A DNA stretch of 60,000 nucleotides from Malacoraja senta (taxonomy: Eukaryota), in the NCBI GenBank assembly GCA_038087875.1, contig CM075990.1, positions 6,078,001 to 6,138,000 on the forward strand. Direction: 5' to 3'. Below the pieces are notes generated by a model that saw only the letters and a program-made list of their open reading frames with translations, ran no database searches and was not told where the DNA came from. This document shows, piece after piece, positions 50,735-60,000 of the stretch (position 1 is its first letter; each line of letters opens with the position of its first letter). A program made the translations under genes and the position numbers.

Positions 50735-51169
50735 CTGCAAACGACGCTCCCGATGACTTGCACAAGCAATGCCACAAATTGACTTTAATTCCCCTTCCCA
50801 CCCCCTCCGCTGCAACCGCAGGAGATGCAACCTCTATACCTCCTCCCTGTCTTTTCAAGTTAGGTCGAGCCGTCGAGGTTCACTTGCACCTCCTCCAACC
50901 TCATATACCGTTTGCAGTTTAATTTTACAATTTAATTTATTGTCATGTGCACCGAGGTACAGTGAAAAGCTTTTGTTGTGTGCTATCTAGTCAGCAGAAC
51001 GACAATATATGATTACAATCGAGCCATTTACAGTGTATAAGATACATGGTAAGGGAATAAAGTTTAGTGCAAGGTAAAGGCAGCAAAGTCCGATCAAGGA
51101 TAGTCCAAGGGACACCAAAGAGGTAGATAGTAGTTTAGCACTGCTCTCTGGTTGTTCAGGTGTGGACTC

Positions 51170-51992
51170 TTAAACATTGGCGAGACCAAAAGTAGACTAG
51201 GCGATCGTTTCGCTTAACACCTTCGCTCAGTCTGCCTGGGTTTACCTGATCTCCCAGTTGCTAAACAGTTTAACTCTCCTTTCCATTCTGACCTGTTCTG
51301 TGCCTCCAGTGCCAGAGTCAGGCCACACGCGAATTAGAGGAACACCCATCTCATATTTTGCTTGGGCAGCTTACAACCCAGTGGTATAAACATTGAAGAT
51401 AGATGCAAAATGCTGGAGTGACTCAGCGGGACATGGAGCGAAGTTTAGGGTCTGAAAAAGGGTCTCGACCTGAAACGTCACCTGTTCCTTATCTCCAGAT
51501 ATGTTGAGCTACACCAACATTTTGTGTCTATCCTCGGTGTAAATCAGCATCTGAAATTCCTTGGGTGACGTTTCGGGTCAACACCCTTCTTCAAACCAGC
51601 ATCCTTCACATTTTTTCTGCAGTTCCTTCCAACACATTATGAAAATTGATTTCTCTAACTTCAAATAACACTTGCGAATTTCCCTTTCTCTCCACCCCCA
51701 CCCTAGTCGTACTAGTTTCACTGTCATCCTGGTGAGTTTCATAGTCGGTATAACTCGTTATCACCTCGCTCACAGCCAACAATGGATTGTTTCCTTGATC
51801 ATTGTTACTTTTTTGCATATCTTTCATTCATTTGTTCTATATCTCTCCACATGACTGTCGAAATCTCTCATTTCCCTTTCATCTGACTCTCAGACTGAAG
51901 AAGGGTCTCTATCCGAGACATCACCTATTCCTTTTCTCCAGAGATGCTGCCTGACCCACTGAGTTGCTTCAGCTTTTGGTGTGTATCTTCGC
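51170..51992 (+). mobile_element. Penelope-like element remnant with a nested fold-back repeat (51395-51640)
   Basis: IGETKSRLGDRF..HLRSV GIY-YIG remnant at about 51176-51235; terminal repeat with a hammerhead-like core at about 51895-51925. Confidence 0.8.
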
Positions 51993-52619
51993 CACAAATT
52001 GACGATTGCACAGACCAGAGCATGCTATACAATTTCCCTTTTCTAAACTTGGAATTCCTGAAGCAATCTTCCTTAATACTTAATGATAATGCTATTTTCA
52101 AAGATTTATTTTTGTTCTTTACTGTCACCAGCAAGCTGTATTTATTGGTAAAAGTCAAACCAGCTGTGCAGTTTTATTTTTCACTAAAGGTAATATCAAT
52201 AAATTCATTGGGGAGCAATCCATACTAAAAAAAAGTGCATGCTGGCAGTCTAAAAGCAATGATTGGAAATGCTTAGCCTGACATGTTTTTGACAGAAGTT
52301 GACATTTTAACTTCATTTGTTTTCCTCTTCAGTGTTTTTCTTTTGTTTACTTGATGCTTCACTGATTGGTATTTTTTGTGTAGTTGTCACAAAAAAAGTT
52401 AAAACCAAGAAGGGCACAAAGTGGTGGAGGAACTCAGCAGGTCAGGCAGCATCTCGGTAAACGGGGATAGGTGATATTTCGGGTCGAGAACCAGACATTT
52501 TTGACGTGAGGGGAGTCAAAGTTGTTGAGGGTGAGGATAAGTTCTGCCAGGCAGGGGAGAGTGTTAATAGAGGGGAATTGATTGGGTCATTGGTGAAAGA
52601 AATGGAGGGCATTGAGACT

Positions 52620-53118
52620 CTAAATTTGAGGAAGGACAATCTTGCTATTGAGGGAGTGTGGCGTAGGTTCACGATGTTAATTCCTGGGATGGCAGGACTG
52701 TCATATGTTGATAGAATGGAGCGGCTGAGCCTGTATACTCTGGAATTTAGGATGGGATCTTATTGAAACATACAAGATTATTAAGGGTTTGGACACACAA
52801 GAGGCAGAAAACATGTTCCTGATGTTGGGGGAGTCCAGAACCAGGGACCACAGTTTAAGAATAAGGGGTAAGCCATTTAGAATGGAGATGAGGAAAAACC
52901 TTTTCTGTGAATCTGTGGAATTCTCTGCCTCAGAAGGCAATGGAGGCCAATTCTCTGGATGTTTTCAAGAGAGAGTTATATAGAGCTTTTAAAGATAGCA
53001 GAGTCAGGGGATATGGCGAGAGGCAGGAACGGAGTACTGATTGTGGATGATCAGCCATGATCATATAGAATGCTGATCGAAGGTCCGAATGGCCTACTCC
53101 TGCACCTATTGCCTATTG
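52620..53118 (+). mobile_element. CR1 LINE 3' fragment (kinase intron 1)
   Basis: LAIEGVWRRFT and GESRTRDHSLRIRG motifs; same 3' UTR as 2054-2328. Confidence 0.9.
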
Positions 53119-54285
53119 TGGAGGCGACGTAAGAAAAGCTCTACATCATAGCGAGTCAGAACTCATTGCGGTTGGGGCGGAGGGATACAAAGGTAAGTCC
53201 TTTCTGCATGGAAGGAGGGAGGTCAGGCAGGATGGTGAAAACACAACAGGGAAAAGGGGTAGTGTCGGAGGGGTGGGAGAGATGCTTGGGCCAGGTACTG
53301 TGGGAGGATGATGGAGGCTGAGAGAGGTGGGGGGGGGGGGTATAAGGGGTAGTGTAAGGGTGGAGGTTAGAAGTAGTATGATTTGAAGAAGGGGCAGGGT
53401 AATAATATGTTTTTTTCCTTGATTTAGAATTGTTGGAATCTGAAATTCGGGGATATCACTGACCTGGAGCAGCATCATTTTTATGTTATTGACTTTCTTG
53501 ATATTCTATTTGAGGATTTTTTTGGGAAAAACTAATTTTGTACATTCTAATAAATTAAAAATCTGTTCAGATTTTCCTCATCCTACTTGGGGCTCAGCTA
53601 TTTTTTTTAAAATATTTTTGTATTTACTTGGGAATAATGTGACCAAATAATTCTCTTATTTGGTCACATTATTATTTGGATGTAATTAAATTATATTACT
53701 TACGGATGCATAATCTCACAAGTATGAGAACAAAACTATAGCAAGTAAATGAAAAACATTCATTCATTTAGCCATTGCAGCAGACTGTTATCTGCTTATG
53801 AATATTCAGTTATCAGATCAGTTTCAACATGGATCTTGTTGAAATATCAGACCTTTGCTTGTTGCATTTAACTTGTATTGCTGCTGTTAAAGGCATTATT
53901 TTCTGTTGGGCTATTTAGAACCACCTCAAAGTAGTTTTATCCAGGATGCATCAGAATAGCATAAACAACCATCACTCTCTTGCCAATTGTAGGCCGAATG
54001 CTCAGTGCTACATGACTCGGTGATTGTCGTTGTACATTTGGGCCTTTGCCAGGAAGAGATAACAATTGTTTTGGATTTAAACAACAGTTTGTTGCAGTTG
54101 TTGCAGTGAAATTTTGTTTCATCGCTTCCTGTCAGGCAGGCAAGAAAACAATATTAGATAGGGAAGGTCAGTGAATTATCTTGGAGGTTCCCCCTCTCAG
54201 AAGAAGGTCCCAATTCTATATCTAGTAATATGCTAGTGGGTACAGGACAAGAGTGAATATTCCACTTTGTTTATAGGAAGGGTAA

Positions 54286-54993
54286 AGGGGCTATCCCAAT
54301 GCGGCGACCTAATCTGCTAATTCAGAAGAGTGTCTTCGACCTTCAAGCTCGAGGGGACTCGCCTGACAAACCTCGAGCTGGATCGGCCATCAGCGATGAG
54401 ACCACGAGCTGGATCTACCACACGCACACACACACACACCAAAAAAAAAAAAAAAAAGCGGGGGACGCTGTCTGAAATTCATACCCACGCTGAAGAGGAA
54501 GGTAAAAGACGGCTGCACAGTTACGGTAAGTCCTTTAGAGAGCATGGGGGGAGAGAGAGGGGGGAGATGGAGTGGAGACACTTTTAAGAAGTCCGACAAC
54601 TTATAATAAAGTTTAGCGGGCATTTTACCTACCGGTCAGTTTTCCTTGGTCCTGAAAACTCCAATGAGCCAATTAAAATGCCCAGTCAGCGAAGGAGATT
54701 GCCTACGGCTGCCCTCGACGGCCTGTAACTACATAGTGACCCCATTCCACTGCACTACGAGTTAAAAAGAACCATGCTGACCAATTTTTACTCGCGGAAA
54801 ATTTTTCAACATGCTGAACATTTTTCCGCGACCTGGCTGAGGCCGCGAGTATTCGGGAACTTCCCTCGAGCATGAAGGAGAGTTCCAGTGACCTCATAGG
54901 ACCTCCTAAGACCACGTGTCGACCATGCTGCGAGTTTGAGTCGAGGGAAAACTCTTCTAAACTCGCAGATTAGGTCGCTGCAGTGGGACAGGC
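54286..54993. mobile_element. MITE related to 6987-7478, opposite orientation
   Basis: TAA|AGGGGCTATCCCAATGCGGCGACCTAATC...GATTAGGTCGCTGCAGTGGGACAGGC. The right ~250 bp is similar to the reverse complement of the left end of the 7-kb element. Confidence 0.75.
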
Positions 54994-55449
54994 AAGCTAT
55001 GTGCCTATATATTTTTTCGTTCCAGCTATTGTTCTTCCTGTTGATTAGTGTAAGGGAAATAAACAAGAACAAACGGTACCAAATACAATATAGACGAGCA
55101 CATGTACCTGAACAATGTTTTACAATTAACTTTTACATAAACAATGAAATATTACAAAATGTGTAGCAAAAAAAAAGGCTGATGCTGGTTGAAATCAAAA
55201 GTAGACACAAAATGCTGGAGTAACTCAGCGGGACAGGCAGCATCTCTGGATTCCTTCTCTCCAGAGATGCTGCTTGTCCCACTGAGTTACTCCAGCATTT
55301 TGATTCTACCGTCCATTTAATATTACAACGTGTATTTTGATGCGCTGGCTTAATCTTTTTAATGATCAAAAGTCTTTGGTGAGATCATATTGGTGAGTAC
55401 TAACAGTTTTGGTCCCTTTTTCATGGGGGGGGGGGGGGGGAGATAGGTG

Positions 55450-55640
55450 ATGATGCAGTTACCTGACTAACAATCCTTCAGGGGCCCGAGTTCAAATCTC
55501 ACCATGGGAGCTATGAAATTCAAATTCAATTAAAAGTGTGGAGTTTGTAACAACACTAGTCCAAGTAATGATGACCATAAAATCTATGATTGTTGGAAAA
55601 CTCCATTGTTTACTATTGATCTTAAAGGGAGGATTTAATG
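55450..55640 (+). mobile_element. Old SINE-like repeat (inverted relative at about 8220-8350)
   Basis: B-box-like gagttcaaatctcacc; downstream sequence resembles the reverse complement of 8270-8345. Confidence 0.5.
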
Positions 55641-58600
55641 ATACTTTATAATGATACTTTATTGTCACTTTAATACGGACTATTGTCACCTAGGTACAGT
55701 GAAATGCTTTTTTTCCATACAGCTGAGAAAATCATTAGCAAACCTCACCTAAGCAGTACACAAGTGTTGTCACTTTTTAGCGCTGACAAAGTTACAAAAG
55801 TTCACCAAACTGGAAATCTCTCATTCTTGCGCATTATGATCCATTTATATCTTCAGTATTGCTCAACCTCCATATCAAATTTCACTAAAATCCTTATTCA
55901 TTCTTCTGTTCTCTCAATGTTGGCAACTTGAGTGATGTCAACATTGACCTTCCTGAACTTTCTTTCAACCTTAATTTCCACTTTAAATTTGGAAGGCTCG
56001 CAAAGTTACATGAAACTGAATTAAATATCAATTGAATGTGGCTGTTATTTTAATTATAAACCTTTTGTTATACATCAGACAACACAAACTTCAAATAGTC
56101 ATTCTATTTGTAAGCCAGGGTTATTCCTCTTATATTTTTCTGTTTCCAAACTCTGCACATTTTGGCTTAGCAGTACTATAAACAAACTGATGTTTAACAA
56201 CCTTATCAATTATTTTTCAAATTGAAAGCAACGATTTGAAATGTTTTGTTTCTATATAATTTAGCTCATCCAAACAGGCAATGTCCCATTAAATGTGGTT
56301 GACTGTCAGAGTTAAATACAGACAAATGGGGAATTGTAGCTGCGTGGGGAGAGATTCAAATTGCCATGAAATCTTTAACAATTAAAATAATCCTATCTTC
56401 TTGGAATAGCTAATTACCACCTACTGTCATCAAACTTTAACTGATGACAACCTGCTGATCTGGTTGTTTTTGTTAGAGATGTTCTTTGGGATGAAGGTTA
56501 ACTTCCACTTCAGTTTGAAGAAGTGGAATATGCCTATGTGTGATTTTTAACATGGATGGCTCTTGTATATCATTTACCACGAGGACAGGGTATAGTCTTG
56601 GTCCATTGACAAGGTGGTCATCTGTTCAAGGGAAATCATCCTCTGGGAGCAGGAATGTTTCACTATGCAGTCATCATGGGTCTTGGATTACTTTGCTAGT
56701 GTCCCTGTCACTGTTTGAATTGTTTGACTTTCCCTGCCGGTGTTCCTATGAATCAGATTGTTCATTGCCTAGACTGCATTTGGAAGATTATCTGAAGTAT
56801 TGTTCACCAACATTATACAAAGGATATTGAGGCACTGGAAATGGCTGAAAAGTTTTACAAGAGTGATCCAAGTCCTGAGGTCACATTTGTTGGGAAAGAA
56901 TGAAGAGACCAGGTTTCTTCTAATAATAGATCCTGGAGGAGGTAATCCTAATCTGTTTCTTCATGCATCTATAATGATGTAATTAAGTAGTATTATTACC
57001 TTTTGATTTAACTTGGTGCAAGCTAGCATTTAAAGTGTATTACAATTTACGTAATTGAAATTTGAGCAATGAATTGGTAACCTGAAATTTTGTTGTTGAA
57101 TTTAAAGATCGCTTATGATATTGACAGCAGTATGTAAGAAAATATTGTTTTGATGTAGGTAATAGTTTTCAACTATGTAAGATGTTTACATTGATTTATA
57201 TTTGAATCAAGCTTAGTACCAATTACCTGATTCTAATTCATGAGGTGTACAGTAAGCAGTTTATAAGCATAGTTAGATAAGCAAACATTGTCTATGGTTA
57301 CTGAAACTGTTTACAGTGATCTTAAATTACTTGGTATTTTCAAAGGATAATTTGTTTCCCAGGAGCCGTATGATAGGGAACAAAGGGTGATTATTAATAT
57401 TCAATTGAGTTTATGATCTGCATCAAAGAGCATTATGCCAAGAGGTTTGTTTATCTGGAAAAAAAACTATTTTAATAGGTTTGATAGTGTCATTCTTTTC
57501 AACATTGCTCCAGTTGGCATCTGGTCTGTTTTTCATATAAATTTGCATGGTTTATTACTATTTTTAGGAAGAATTTCCTGAAATTTGATTTTTTATAGGA
57601 TTTTAAAGTGGATTATTACATAGTCTAGTGCAGAATCGAAGCAATTATGCAATGTTAAAAATGCTGCTTTCTTTTAAGATTAATCATACTTGTCTTATTC
57701 AGTTGTTAAGAATGGATAAAATTTTTAGGAGATTTGTTTTCTACCCGGTCAATTATTTGATCACACCATCAAAAAGCATGGTCCTTTAATATCATGACAA
57801 GCTCAAGAATCTACTAATGGTGCAAAAATAAGTTTTCAAATATGTGACTGTTAATGTTCCTTTGTGTCCCCAGTGCAAACGATGGGTGAAATATTGCTAT
57901 AACTTATTAGAGACCATTTCAAAGTATGAAGCCTTTTTAAGTGTTTGAGCAACGCAAGTAGCTATATAACTGCAATTTCTCAGCACCTCTTTAATCCTTT
58001 GTGCTTTGGCAGGAATATGGGCTAATGTTACTATAACCTTGGAAGTGTTTCTCACTTCGGAAAATAAAATAAAGTTCCGTCACTTCTCGATGCCTTGCTG
58101 TATGAAACTCAGTTTTGAAATGATCCGCTGGCCAGTATCCTAAATGGTTTAATATGGATGTAATCAATTAATCACTGTACAGTGTCTGAGCAATGTAAAT
58201 TTCAATTCCAGTACCAGTCTGTTACATGCACATTTATAAATAAGGAAAAGAATGCTTGTTATATTTCCAACTCTGTTCTTTTGCTCTTTCTGGCATACTT
58301 TAGTATGTTGCAATTTGTCCAACTAGGTAGTATATGTACCGTATGTTTGGGTATTTTGCATTTTGACTAATGCACATACATATATTACTTAAGATATTAC
58401 CATGGTCACTTATATAGACTTCCTGAAAGCCATAATATCAGAAGCTTAACATTAAAAAAAAGAAGTTATATTCGCATTGAAATTAGGTAGATACAATATC
58501 ATCTAAAATTAATATGTAGCATGTATTTTGTATAGGGTCTCTAAGTATTTGAATATTCCTTTTTGCTCCCATGAAAATGATGGAAGTGAAATATTGCATC

Positions 58601-60000
58601 AGAAAGATGCAACATGCATTTTACAGAGATAACTATTACAGAAATGTTTTCACAGAAGCAGCTGATTTTAAAAAAAAGGTATGCTCGAGTAAATAATAAC
58701 TGAAAATGAAGATGATACTTGGTATCTGAGGGAAAAATACTCAACATTTTGGATTGACCTGATGTTAAGTCGCTGACTTAAAACATTGATTCTGTTTCGC
58801 TGTCTACAGATAATGCTTGACCTGAGCATATTCCGACATCTGCCCTTTTTTTTGCTTTACAATACATTTGAGTAGCTGTAATTTCTCGGGTAGATTGAAA
58901 CCATAATTTTCAGAATTGTAGCAAAGCAGATGTGGGCAACCATAGATCAGTTCTGCTTTAGTGCTAGGCCAATTGCTAGTGAAGGTTAAAAAAAACTGAT
59001 AAACACTCAGTAATGGGGAATCGGAAGAAAGAAAGCTTTTTTTTTGTTTAAATGGCTGTTTTCTCTTTTCGTTGTCATAAAATAACTTGGTTGCTTCTCT
59101 GTATCTAACTAATCATGGACCAACCAGTGTGTAACAGTTACTTTTTTTCCCCCTTTCTATTCCTTTGGTGTTTCAATAGTACTTATTTGGTTCATGTGGA
59201 AATGATTGTTTGAATTATCTTGAACTTTCAACTTCCCTTTTTTCGAAACCACAAGTTATATCGGTAAACTTGTACATCTGTCCTCAACAATAACAGCACT
59301 TGGCCAGTTGAGTAAGTTCCCTGCAGCAGATAAATAAACCTTGTATCTTTTATAAATCTCTGTAATTTTTCTGTTTTTTAATGTCCTGTCATTGAGATTC
59401 AGCAGGTGGGGTGGGGTAGTAAGTGGAGTTGATGCAGGATTTATCTGGTTGCATGCAGGTGAGATGATTGCTGGACTGCTTGCTTTACTTTTGTTTTAGC
59501 GGCTAGATATGTATTACTGGTGGACTACTCATTGAGCTGTTCATCATGCTCCATTGCACCACATGTCCAAATAGTCGTACCTTCATTTTTGTCACCATTG
59601 GAATCTCCTGTAAATGTTCTTTCTTACTGCTTTCACCCTTAGCCACTGTAATGTGATGGGTTCACAAAAAATGTTTTCATTGAAATTGAAACTCACTTGG
59701 ATGGGAGTACCTGCTCCTGCACATTGTCTTGCAAGTTCCTGAGCAATTTCTCAGTTGAGTCGCAATAGAAAAAAAATGGCACCATACTGTGGTGACATTT
59801 TGCAAGCATCACAGCAGGACAGGATCACAAACAACAGTTCTGAACTCCTATGGATTAAAGAAACAGCACAAATAGTCTATTTAAATGGATTAGCGAGTTA
59901 ACGATTTTTCAATGGCAATGGAGTTACCGGCTGTAAAGGTATCGTCGATGGCAGGAGTGGAGGATTGCCTTTACGAGGAATACAGTGCCATGGAACAACA

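Larger units (their letters stand above)
50090..50760 (+). promoter_or_regulatory. CpG-island promoter of the kinase gene
   Basis: GC- and CpG-rich block around exon 1; tandem ETS/GABP-like CACTTCCGCTTCCGG at 50092-50106; GC box GGGCGG at about 50172; reverse CCAAT at about 49967. Confidence 0.75.

Noticed and set aside
50494..60000. Search for kinase exon 2 (GF..VFL...CALKR)
   Set aside because: No matching exon found; intron 1 extends beyond the window.

Overview
Vertebrate nuclear DNA, almost certainly from a cartilaginous fish and probably a skate or ray, judged from HE1/V-SINE, CR1, Rex1 and Penelope repeat content. The window holds two genes in head-to-head orientation. (1) A complete 12-coding-exon annexin lies on the minus strand (CDS 27362 down to 357, 326 aa, or 332 aa from an upstream in-frame ATG). 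All introns are GT-AG and the core exon sizes are typical of annexins; ANXA3 is the best call and ANXA4 the alternative. (2) The first coding exon of a NAK-family kinase (BMP2K, alternatively AAK1) lies on the plus strand in a CpG island at about 50.3 kb, and its intron 1 runs off the window. The remainder is intron or intergenic sequence rich in transposons, including a young 3.2-kb CR1 LINE. Most interesting: many Penelope-derived fold-back elements carrying minimal hammerhead-ribozyme cores, a putative non-autonomous Helitron with what looks like a captured SAC3D1-like coding fragment, a pair of compensating frameshifts in the kinase exon, and a 39-bp TIR-only hAT element with an 8-bp TSD. 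Repeat boundaries are approximate. Gene and family names come from recognition, not from database searches.
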